DNA of 64,000 bases from Eledone cirrhosa (taxonomy: Eukaryota): contig OZ024752.1 in assembly GCA_964016885.1 (NCBI GenBank), positions 35,898,001 to 35,962,000 of the forward strand. The letters run 5' to 3'. Below, in pieces: positions 25,901 to 35,446 of the stretch. Under the pieces are notes generated by a model. That model saw only the letters and a program-made list of their open reading frames with translations, searched no databases and had not been told where the DNA came from. Within the stretch, counting starts at the first letter, position 1. Each line of letters begins with the position of its first letter. The position numbers were made by a program, and so were the translations under genes.

Positions 25901-26413
25901 CGATCGAGTAACCCCTTGAGGCTGCTACACCCCCCTCTATCGGGACATGCCCCTGCATAGTCCCAACGCGCATCTAGGATTCCATTCCAGTCCCCCACTA
26001 AAAGCAGGGAACGCGACGTTCCTAGAAAAGTCTCCAGACGCTGGAAGAAGTCGGCTCTTTCCGCCCCGAAGGGAGCATAAAGACCGACCAGTCTGAAAGC
26101 CCCGCCTTCACCGCCTCCGACGTCCAGCACCAGTAATCGACCCCCCGGGTCCGAGTGAACAATCTGTACGTCGAGAGTCAGACGTTTATCCAGCAGTACG
26201 GCAACTCCCCCCCCCCCCCCCCCCGCCTCCGAGTTGACAGAGAGATGCGTGCATCTCAAAGTCATCGAAGGCGGGCGCCAGCTGTCTCACGCTGCTGATC
26301 CGACTCTCGCAAACAACCATCACATCTATACTTTGTGACCTGAGGTCACTTAGAAGCTTTGCTTGCTTCCAAGCTGAGCCCAGGCCACGCGCGTTCAAAC
26401 AGCCAACTCTCAA
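22975..26413 (-). pseudogene. Copy 2 ORF2, frameshifted at a C-run (~26207-26224)
   Basis: 18 C versus 11 C in copy 3; the remainder is open. Confidence 0.8.
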
Positions 26414-26418
26414 TTGAT

Positions 26419-28256
26419 CTATTTTGGTGTTGAAAGTGAAGAAAGAAAAGCACTTACCTCTCCGGGTTGTGTAATTTCCATGGCATCAGGTGTGTTGGGT
26501 GGAGGGATGTTTTGTGGTGGTGTGGGGGTACACGTGTGTGGTGGGGTTGGGGTATTTGGAGTTGTGTCAGGGAGAGGGGCGGTTATGGGGAAATCTTTCA
26601 AGAGGACGCGATTCAACGGTTTTAAACAGGGGGGGGGCTCACGTCCCGTCTAAATTGTTCTTTTAAGGAACGATAAAGGTCCAGAGGGACCTTTATCATT
26701 TTTAAATGGGTGAAGTTCTCTGTTGAGATAAAGTTTGGCCCTTCGGTCTGCACCATAGGGTTATTGTTTATTAATTTAACCAGTTTTTTGTTTTCTTTAT
26801 TTATATATGTGTATTGCAACGTCTTTTTTTGTGATGCTGTCAATGTTTCGGAGAGGGGAGGCGCAGATTTATTTTTGTTTGTTGAGGGTGGGGTGTTTTT
26901 GATTGGAGTTGGTGTTTGTGTGTGGGTTATTTGTGGTGTGCTGGGTGTGTGTTTTCTTTTTTTTCTTTTAACTTGTCTGAAGGCTTCTCCTCCTTCTTCT
27001 TCAGAAGTTGGGGGAAATTCTTCAGCGCTAGGTGGGAGGGACGTGTTGTGTGGTTGTTTTTTTTTTGCGGGAGGGGTAGATTTGTTACTGTTTTTTTTAT
27101 TATTTGTTTGGAATGGGTTTTGTGGTGGTGGTGGTGGTAATGTTTGTGTCGTGCTTGTGGTTGGTGATGGTGGTGGTGATGTTTGTGTTGTGGTTGGTGG
27201 TGGTGATTTTTGTGTCGTGCTTGTGTTTGGTGCTGGTGGTGGTGATGTTTGTGTTGTGTTTGTGGTTGGTGGTGTCTGTATTTTGTTTGCTGTGTGTGGT
27301 ATTAGTGTATTTTTGGAGGTGGGTGGTGCTGGTGTACTGTTTGTGGTGGGTGTGGGCAATAGTCCTTTTTGGGGGATACGTTTCGGGCAGTTAGCCTTAA
27401 CGTGTCCCCTTTCCATGCATAAATAGCATGCTGGTCTTCTCCCCTCTACAATTATGTCTATTGGGGTAAGGTCATCCAGCCAGATGCGATCCGGGATTTG
27501 TGCTATTCTTTCGGGCCTCATTTGGACTAGTATGTCGAGGCCCATTCCCAGGAACGCATCTCCAGTTGCCTTCCCCATTGACAGCATAGTGTCTTCGCCC
27601 ATATCAATGAAGCCAGCAATAGCCCACCAGAAGTCCATTGTGGGCAGCATTGTTTTTACTTTTACTCTCTGTGTTCTTCTACCCATGTAGGAGGGATAGA
27701 AGCTATATGTTGTCGACGAGAGTGGGCTTAGGGAAAGCTTCTCCGCCGTTTCTTTGTCTCTTGTTAGGACCGAAATGCTGCCATAGAGTCGGTCCTTTCG
27801 TATGAAGAGAATATTCTTCATATAGTCTTTTAGGACTAACTCTATTTCCATTTGGCTGGGCTGTGCTGGCTTTCTTGTCTGGTTCAGTATAGTTCTGTAT
27901 AGAACTGTGTTTTCTGCTCTGGCTTTCTTGAATTCTGGGGGGGAGTTAATGGAAAACATTCCGTTCTCCCCCAAAACAATGTGTTTCTTTGCTTCGGCCA
28001 GTTTTTCTCTGGCGGCAGTTAGGTCAATTGGTGTGTATGTAATGAATTGTTTTGTTTTCTGGGCGAAAGTTGCCCTGTCGTTATTTGTATTATTTTCTGT
28101 TTGTTTGTTTTCTGTTTGCTCATTTTCCTTAACATTTGTTTTTTCATTTTGTTTGTTTGTTTCAATGTCTAATTTTGTTGTAATTATTTTTTGTTCTTCA
28201 GACTTGGGGGGCGTGGCAGAGCTAATGGCAGACATGTCTGCCATCTTTTCCGCCAT
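26419..28256 (-). pseudogene. Copy 2 ORF1, frameshifted at a G-run (~26629-26637)
   Basis: Protein matches copy 3 ORF1 up to the run; 9 G versus 7 G. Confidence 0.8.
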
Positions 28257-28723
28257 GCTGCCAAGAAAGAAATTTTTCGGCAAAAATAGATATTTATTTT
28301 ACCCCCTAAAAAGGGGGTAAATGCAAAAATGTTTCCCTAAATAACAGGGGTTAGTGTTCCAAATGTGTTGCACTAAAAAATTTATCCGGTACTTACAATA
28401 GTAAGGGTAAATCCCGATGGAATAGCGGAGCCGATGCGAAGCGTGTCTTACTCTATCAAGATAGATAGATAGATAGATAGATAGAGAGATAAATTTCTAT
28501 TTATTTGCCACGAGGGCACAAAAGAAGGGGACATTTACACAGTGGGGGAGTTTACATAAATCGAGTAAAGAAAAAAGGAATAACAATAATAATATAACAA
28601 TAAAAAGTCCTCAAAAGGGAGGGGGCGTGTTGGGGATTGCACATACCCCCGAAAAGTGTGCAACTCTTTTCGCGGGGGAAGCCCAGAGAGGAGGCGCTCC
28701 CCCTTTCCTCTTCACTTCTTCAC

Positions 28724-31700
28724 CTACAGAACAATGTAGAGAGAAGGCCCATTTACACGGGCCATTCTCGCTTCTTTCACCCACCTTTCATAAAACTGTC
28801 TGGGACCAAGCACTTCTCTCTCCATCCTGATTCTTCTTCCGAAGTGGTATCGGAAGAAGTAAACCAGGTGATGGCCGGAGAGAAAGTCACCCGACCTCAG
28901 ACCTTTCAGGCGCGTCCACCACACAACCTCTTTCATCATGGCTATTACGCACAGAAAGACCGCCTCTGCTTCATTTCTGAAGGGAGGAGGCGGCTTGATG
29001 TTCACCACAGACTCGGCGGTTAATCGAATCGGCGCCACACGCGACAGCAGTCGTTCGACGTAGCCCCACAGATCGGCAACGCCCGGGCAGTGTACCAGTG
29101 CATGCGCAACGGTTTCCTCGTCGCGCACGCATCTGGGACAGATCTTTTTCGCGGGATCCCTGCCCGGGCGCCCGTGTCTGTAGAGCTTTTCTCGAACGGG
29201 CAGAGCCCCCCGGTAACACTGCCAGGCTAGGGACCTCTGGAAGTTGTCCATGGGTCCCGGGCCGAAAGTTCTACCGAACAGGCTGGCCAGTTCGTCCTCC
29301 TCCATGCCTAGCGACTCTCCAAGGGTGTCGTCGCCCCTGCTAGCCACCAACCCTCTATAGAATGTCGAGGTGGATTCTCCACTGACAGTCGGGTCCGCTT
29401 GCCAGATAGCCGTGAGCGCCTGGGCACACTCAGTGTGCCAGTTGCCCAGTTTTCTCGGTCTTTGCTTCACCCAGGATTGCAGTTCGGTGAGCGAGACGAG
29501 CTGTGGGAAGGCTCGCCTCACAAACGGGGCCCACACCGGCTGACCGTTGAGGAATACCTGTAGATGCCGTAGCCTCAATGCGTGCCTACGCATCAACAGC
29601 CACGGCATACCCAGCCCTCCTTTCGAAGGGTGCTGGCAGCAGATGGATCTCCTCACCATGGGAGGCCGCTTCTTCCAGAGGAACTGGAAGAGCATGCGTT
29701 CCATGATGGTGAGCTTTTCCTTGGGGCAAGGCACGACGGTCAGGCGGTAGTAGATGACGGACGCTATGTAAGCGTTCGTCACCTCCGCCCGACCTTTCAG
29801 TGATAGTTTGCACTTGGCCCACTTCTGGGTCAGCGCAAACACCCTGCTCGTCACCTCGCCCCAATTCTTCTCCACCTGGAGGTCCGGTCCGAACCAGACC
29901 CCGAGCAGCTTCACCGGGCCCTCCGTCCACCGCCCGACGACACCGTCTAACGGCATCGGTTTGCCCCTCCACGTTCCGAGTTGCAAACCGACTGACTTGT
30001 CCTGGTTCAGCTTAGCCCCCGTCAGCCTTTCGTATTCCTCCAGTAGGGTGGCGATCGCCCCGATTTCCGAGGCGTCCGCCACCATTACTGTTACGTCGTC
30101 GGCATAGGCCGAGACCGCTTTGTGCAATCCCGGTTCCAGGGGTATGCCCCGCAGCAACTCCAACTTCCGCAGCAGTGGCTCGAGAGTCAATACGTACAGA
30201 AGGGAGGAGAGGGGGCACCCCTGTCTGATGGATCGGGTGATTTGAAACGGCTCCGAGAGGTAGCCGTTTACTTTAATCCTAGAGTAGATGTTGCCACTGT
30301 GCATGGCAGAAATCCAGCCCCTGAAAACGGGTCCGAAGCCCGCCGCCGCTAGCACCGCATCCAGGTAACCATGGTCGACCCTATCGAACGCCTTAGATTG
30401 ATCCAAGTTGATCAGGGCCCCACCAAAGCCGGGTTCGTAGCCAACCCTCTCTATGATGTATCGCATGAGGTGGAGGTTGTCGTGAATGGACCTGGACGGG
30501 ATAGCGCATGTCTGCGCGTCTCCCACCAAACCACCCACCACAAGCGCCAACCTCTTCGCCAACACCTTGGCCAAAATCTGTAACTCTGTATTCAGCAGAG
30601 TTATGGGCCTAAAGTTACTTAAGTCGTCCCCCTTGCTCTCGTCCTTCCTCACTAGCGTGACCACGCCCTTGGTCACAGAACAGGGAATTCTCCCGTTCTG
30701 TTGCCAGTTGCAATAGACAGCCTCGAGGAGTTCGGAGAACAAGACCGGCATAGCTAAATAAAGTTCGTATGGTAGACCATCGAGACCCGGGGATTTGCGT
30801 CTGCTGCATTGGCTGAGTGCTTCCCCGATTTCAGTGGCTGTGATTGGCCCTTCGCAGCACTCCGCTTCGCCGCTCGAAAGACGCGGTAGACCGTCGAGGT
30901 ATGGACCGAAGTCCACATCCCCGTCCGGCCCCCCGCCACCTCCGAACAGTCGAGCAAAGTGCCTTTGAAAGGTCTCGCACATTTGCTCAGGTTCAAGGAT
31001 CACCCGTCCATCCTGGTCTCGCAAAGACCGAATGGTGGATTTAATCCCACTCTTGGCTTCTGTCACGCGGGCCCAGCTAACAGCTTTGGTCCCCTCGTTT
31101 CCTAAAGCACGTATTTTACTTCGGACAACGCAGCCTTCGTGCTTCGCGTCAAAGAACTGGCTCAATGCCGTTCTCGTCGCTAACACTCTGGCTACGTCTC
31201 CGCTCCTAATCGCCTCTTCTAGTTTATCTGTTAACTCCTTTTCCCTCCTATTTCTATTCGCCGCTAGTTCCTTACTGTAACCTATCGAACTTACTCTAAT
31301 CTCTCTCTTTAGAGATATCCACCACCTACTGTTGACGATCGCTCCCGTCAACCGCATCTTAACTAAGCTACTAATCCGGTTTCTGTAATCTTTCTTTGTC
31401 GGTAAGGACAAGTTCATCTTCCAGTAACCGGGACCCTGTCTATGCGTTCTATCAAGGTTGACCACGCAGGTCACTAATTTGTGATCTGAATAGCCAACCA
31501 TGATCAGTTCTGGACAACTAAATACGTCCCTATCCTTACTCCTAACCAAAAACCTATCTAGGTACGATCTAGATTGTCCACTGCGGTTTGCCCAGGTCCA
31601 GGTTGGCGCAGTTGGACAATCTAGTCGAAATCTATCGACCAGGTCGAATCGATCGAGTAACCCCTTGAGGCTGCTACACCCCCCTCTATCGGGACATGCC

Positions 31701-32155
31701 CCTGCATAGTCCCAACGCGCATCTAGGATTCCATTCCAGTCCCCCACTAAAAGCAGGGAACGCGACGTTCCTAGAAAAGTCTCCAGACGTTGGAAGAAGT
31801 CGGCTCTCTCCGCCCCGAAGGGAGCATAAAGACCGACCAGTCTGAAAGCCCCGCCTTCACCACCTCCGACGTCCAGCACCAGTAATCGACCCCCTGGGTC
31901 CGAGTGAACAATCTGTACGTCGAGAGTCAGACGTTTATCCAGCAGTACGGCAACTCCCCCCCCCCCGCCTCCGGGTTGACAGAGAGATGCGTGCATCTCA
32001 AAGTCATCGAAGGCGGGCGCCAGCTGTCTCACGCTGCTGATCCGACTCTCGCAAACAACCATCACATCTATACTTTGTGACCTGAGGTCACTTAGAAGCT
32101 TTGCTTGCTTCCAAGCTGAGCTCAGGCCACGCGCGTTCAAACAGCCAACTCTCAA
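28724..32155 (-). CDS. Copy 3 ORF2: APE endonuclease + reverse transcriptase + C-terminal Cys/His finger (1143 aa, TTG start)
   Basis: APE motifs CLNARG, GDWN, YLDRF, SDH; RT motifs KSPGLDG, FRPITLLN, DQSKAFD, QGCPLS, YADD; C-terminal CPRC-x-HALVHC. GLYAP and GPGYWKMN are typical of Tx1-group L1s. Confidence 0.95.
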   Translation of the reverse strand: MRVGCLNARGLSSAWKQAKLLSDLRSQSIDVMVVCESRISSVRQLAPAFDDFEMHASLCQPGGGGGGVAVLLDKRLTLDVQIVHSDPGGRLLVLDVGGGEGGAFRLVGLYAPFGAERADFFQRLETFLGTSRSLLLVGDWNGILDARWDYAGACPDRGGCSSLKGLLDRFDLVDRFRLDCPTAPTWTWANRSGQSRSYLDRFLVRSKDRDVFSCPELIMVGYSDHKLVTCVVNLDRTHRQGPGYWKMNLSLPTKKDYRNRISSLVKMRLTGAIVNSRWWISLKREIRVSSIGYSKELAANRNRREKELTDKLEEAIRSGDVARVLATRTALSQFFDAKHEGCVVRSKIRALGNEGTKAVSWARVTEAKSGIKSTIRSLRDQDGRVILEPEQMCETFQRHFARLFGGGGGPDGDVDFGPYLDGLPRLSSGEAECCEGPITATEIGEALSQCSRRKSPGLDGLPYELYLAMPVLFSELLEAVYCNWQQNGRIPCSVTKGVVTLVRKDESKGDDLSNFRPITLLNTELQILAKVLAKRLALVVGGLVGDAQTCAIPSRSIHDNLHLMRYIIERVGYEPGFGGALINLDQSKAFDRVDHGYLDAVLAAAGFGPVFRGWISAMHSGNIYSRIKVNGYLSEPFQITRSIRQGCPLSSLLYVLTLEPLLRKLELLRGIPLEPGLHKAVSAYADDVTVMVADASEIGAIATLLEEYERLTGAKLNQDKSVGLQLGTWRGKPMPLDGVVGRWTEGPVKLLGVWFGPDLQVEKNWGEVTSRVFALTQKWAKCKLSLKGRAEVTNAYIASVIYYRLTVVPCPKEKLTIMERMLFQFLWKKRPPMVRRSICCQHPSKGGLGMPWLLMRRHALRLRHLQVFLNGQPVWAPFVRRAFPQLVSLTELQSWVKQRPRKLGNWHTECAQALTAIWQADPTVSGESTSTFYRGLVASRGDDTLGESLGMEEDELASLFGRTFGPGPMDNFQRSLAWQCYRGALPVREKLYRHGRPGRDPAKKICPRCVRDEETVAHALVHCPGVADLWGYVERLLSRVAPIRLTAESVVNIKPPPPFRNEAEAVFLCVIAMMKEVVWWTRLKGLRSGDFLSGHHLVYFFRYHFGRRIRMEREVLGPRQFYERWVKEARMARVNGPSLYIVL

Positions 32156-32160
32156 TTGAT

Positions 32161-33996
32161 CTATTTTGGTGTTGAAAGTGAAGAAAGAAAAGCACTTACC
32201 TCTCCGGGTTGCGTAATTTCCATGGCATCAGGTGTGTTGGGTGGAGGGATGTTTTGTGGTGGTGTGGGGGTACACGTGTGTGGTGGGGTTGGGGTATTTG
32301 GAGTTGTGTCAGGGAGAGGGGCGGTTATGGGGAAATCTTTCAAGAGGACGCGATTCAACGGTTTTAAACAGGGGGGGCTCACGTCCCGTCTAAATTGTTC
32401 TTTTAGGGAACGATAAAGGTCCAGAGGGACCTTTATCATTTTTAAATGGGTGAAGTTCTCTGTTGAGATAAAGTTTGGCCCTTCGGTCTGCACCATAGGG
32501 TTATTGTTTATTAATTTAACCAGTTTTTTGTTTTCTTTATTTATATATGTGTATTGCAACGTCTTTTTTTGTGATGCTGTCAATGTTTCGGAGAGGGGAG
32601 GCGCAGATTTATTTTTGTTTGTTGAGGGTGGGGTGTTTTTGATTGGAGTTGGTGTTTGTGTGTGGGTTATTTGTGGTGTGCTGGGTGTGTGTTTTCTTTT
32701 TTTTCTTTTAACTTGTCTGAAGGCTTCTCCTCCTTCTTCTTCAGAAGTTGGGGGAAATTCTTCAGCGCTAGGTGGGAGGGACGTGTTGTGTGGTTGTTTT
32801 TTTTTTGCGGGAGGGGTAGATTTGTTACTGTTTTTTTTATTATTTGTTTGGAATGGGTTTTGTGGTGGTGGTGGTGGTAATGTTTGTGTCGTGCTTGTGG
32901 TTGGTGATGGTGGTGGTGATGTTTGTGTTGTGGTTGGTGGTGGTGATTTTTGTGTCGTGCTTGTGTTTGGTGCTGGTGGTGGTGATGTTTGTGTTGTGTT
33001 TGTGGTTGGTGGTGTCTGTATTTTGTTTGCTGTGTGTGGTATTAGTGTATTTTTGGAGGTGGGTGGTGCTGGTGTACTGTTTGTGGTGGGTGTGGGCAAT
33101 AGTCCTTTTTGGGGGATACGTTTCGGGCAGTTAGCCTTAACGTGTCCCCTTTCCATGCATAAATAGCATGCTGGTCTTCTCCCCTCTACAATTATGTCTA
33201 TTGGGGTAAGGTCATCCAGCCAGATGCGATCCGGGATTTGTGCTATTCTTTCGGGCCTCATTTGGACTAGTATGTCGAGGCCCATTCCCAGGAACGCATC
33301 TCCAGTTGCCTTCCCCATTGACAGCATAGTGTCTTCGCCCATATCAATGAAGCCAGCAATAGCCCACCAGAAGTCCATTGTGGGCAGCATTGTTTTTACT
33401 TTTACTCTCTGTGTTCTTCTACCCATGTAGGAGGGATAGAAGCTATATGTTGTCGACGAGAGTGGGCTTAGGGAAAGCTTCTCCGCCGTTTCTTTGTCTC
33501 TTGTTAGGACCGAAATGCTGCCATAGAGTCGGTCCTTTCGTATGAAGAGAATATTCTTCATATAGTCTTTTAGGACTAACTCTATTTCCATTTGGCTGGG
33601 CTGTGCTGGCTTTCTTGTCTGGTTCAGTATAGTTCTGTATAGAACTGTGTTTTCTGCTCTGGCTTTCTTGAATTCTGGGGGGGAGTTAATGGAAAACATT
33701 CCGTTCTCCCCCAAAACAATGTGTTTCTTTGCTTCGGCCAGTTTTTCTCTGGCGGCAGTTAGGTCAATTGGTGTGTATGTAATGAATTGTTTTGTTTTCT
33801 GGGCGAAAGTTGCCCTGTCGTTATTTGTATTATTTTCTGTTTGTTTGTTTTCTGTTTGCTCATTTTCCTTAACATTTGTTTTTTCATTTTGTTTGTTTGT
33901 TTCAATGTCTAATTTTGTTGTAATTATTTTTTGTTCTTCAGACTTGGGGGGCGTGGCAGAGCTAATGGCAGACATGTCTGCCATCTTTTCCGCCAT
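32161..33996 (-). CDS. Copy 3 ORF1: gag-like nucleic-acid-binding protein (~611 aa from the first ATG)
   Basis: CCHC zinc knuckle CYLCMERGHVKANC followed by a Pro/Thr-rich low-complexity tail and a basic KRKKRK patch; first ATG (MAEKMAD) at 33996. Confidence 0.88.
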   Translation of the reverse strand: MAEKMADMSAISSATPPKSEEQKIITTKLDIETNKQNEKTNVKENEQTENKQTENNTNNDRATFAQKTKQFITYTPIDLTAAREKLAEAKKHIVLGENGMFSINSPPEFKKARAENTVLYRTILNQTRKPAQPSQMEIELVLKDYMKNILFIRKDRLYGSISVLTRDKETAEKLSLSPLSSTTYSFYPSYMGRRTQRVKVKTMLPTMDFWWAIAGFIDMGEDTMLSMGKATGDAFLGMGLDILVQMRPERIAQIPDRIWLDDLTPIDIIVEGRRPACYLCMERGHVKANCPKRIPQKGLLPTPTTNSTPAPPTSKNTLIPHTANKIQTPPTTNTTQTSPPPAPNTSTTQKSPPPTTTQTSPPPSPTTSTTQTLPPPPPQNPFQTNNKKNSNKSTPPAKKKQPHNTSLPPSAEEFPPTSEEEGGEAFRQVKRKKRKHTPSTPQITHTQTPTPIKNTPPSTNKNKSAPPLSETLTASQKKTLQYTYINKENKKLVKLINNNPMVQTEGPNFISTENFTHLKMIKVPLDLYRSLKEQFRRDVSPPCLKPLNRVLLKDFPITAPLPDTTPNTPTPPHTCTPTPPQNIPPPNTPDAMEITQPGEVSAFLSSLSTPK

Positions 33997-34199
33997 GCTG
34001 CCAAGAAAGAAATTTTTCGGCAAAAATAGATATTTATTTTACCCCCTAAAAAGGGGGTAAATGCAAAAATGTTTCCCTAAATAACAGGGGTTAGTGTTCC
34101 AAATGTGTTGCACTAAAAAATTTATCCGGTACTTACAATAGTAAGGGTAAATCCCGATGGAATAGCGGAGCCGATGCGAAGCGTGTCTTACTCTATCAA

Positions 34200-35172
34200 G
34201 ATAGATAGATAGATAGATAGATAGAGAGATAGAAGGATAGAGAGATAGAAGGATAAAGAGATAGAAGGATAGAGAGATAGAAGGTTAGAGAGATAGAAGG
34301 ATAGAGAGATAGAAGGATAGAGAGATAGAAGGATAGAGAGATAGAAGGATAGAGAGATAGAAGGATAGAGAGATAGAAGGATAGAGAGATAGAAGGATAG
34401 TGAGATAGAAGGATAGAGAGATAGAAGGATAGAGAGATAGAAGGATAAAGAGATAGAAGGATAGAGAGATAGAAGGATAGAGAGATAGAAGGATAGAGAG
34501 ATAGAAGGATAGAGAGATAGAAGGATAGAGAGATAGAAGGATAGTGAGATAGAAGGATAGAGAGATAGAAGGATAGAGAGATAGAAGGATAGAGAGATAG
34601 AAGGATAGAGAGATAGAAGGATAGAGAGATAGAAGGATAGTGAGATAGAAGGATAGAGAGATAGAAGGATAGAGAGATAGAAGGATAGAGAGATAGAAGG
34701 ATAGAGAGATAGAAGGATAGTGAGATAGAAGGATAGAGAGATAGAAGGATAGAGAGATAGAAGGATAGAGAGATAGAAGGATAGAGAGATAGAAGGATAA
34801 AGAGATAGAAGGATAGAGAGATAGAAGGATAGAGAGATAGAGAGATAGAAGGATAGTGAGATAGAAGGATAGTGAGATAGAAGGATAGAGAGATAGAAGG
34901 ATAGAGAGATAGAAGGATAGAGAGATAGAGAGATAGAAGGATAGTGAGATAGAAGGATAGAGAGATAGAAGGATAGAGAGATAGAAGGATAAAGAGATAG
35001 AAGGATACAGAGATAGAAGGATAGAGAGATAGAAGGATAGTGAGATAGAAGGATAAAGAGATAGAAGGATACAGAGATAGAAGGATAGAGAGATAGAAGG
35101 ATAGAGAGATAGAAGGATAGTGAGATAGAAGGATACAGAGATAGAAGGATAGAGAGATGGAAGGATAGTGAG
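34200..35172. repeat. 16-bp satellite (GAGAGATAGAAGGATA)n, right flank of the Tx1 array
   Basis: Same unit as 16247-17000; starts with pure (GATA)n. Confidence 0.95.
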
Positions 35173-35446
35173 AAAAAGGAAGTGAGAAAGATGGTATCAC
35201 ATATTCAACATCAGTTTATTTCATTACATCATACCTGTAATGCATATGTTGTAGGCATCAAAATGTCGTTACGCAATTATTATCTGATGTATTGTCGTCA
35301 AACAAGTATTTAAATGTAAATAAAGATATTTTATATTGGGATTTAATATGTCTGCCATCGAATATGTGTTGGCATTTCAGTATGGCGCAAAGTTACACAC
35401 GTTTCTAATCCGAGTGCTCCCGACCTGTCTATATAGAACTGTGTTA

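Larger units (their letters stand above)
22742..28459 (-). mobile_element. Tx1/L1-clade non-LTR retrotransposon, full-length copy 2
   Basis: Near-identical to copies 1 and 3 with the same termini; separated from them only by (GATA)n spacers. Confidence 0.95.
28491..34199 (-). mobile_element. Tx1/L1-clade non-LTR retrotransposon, full-length copy 3 (both ORFs intact)
   Basis: Uninterrupted ORF1 and ORF2; flanked by an identical 31-bp direct repeat at 28460-28490 and 34200-34230. Confidence 0.95.

Noticed and set aside
34196-35200. 334-aa ORF
   Set aside because: Translation of the 16-bp satellite.
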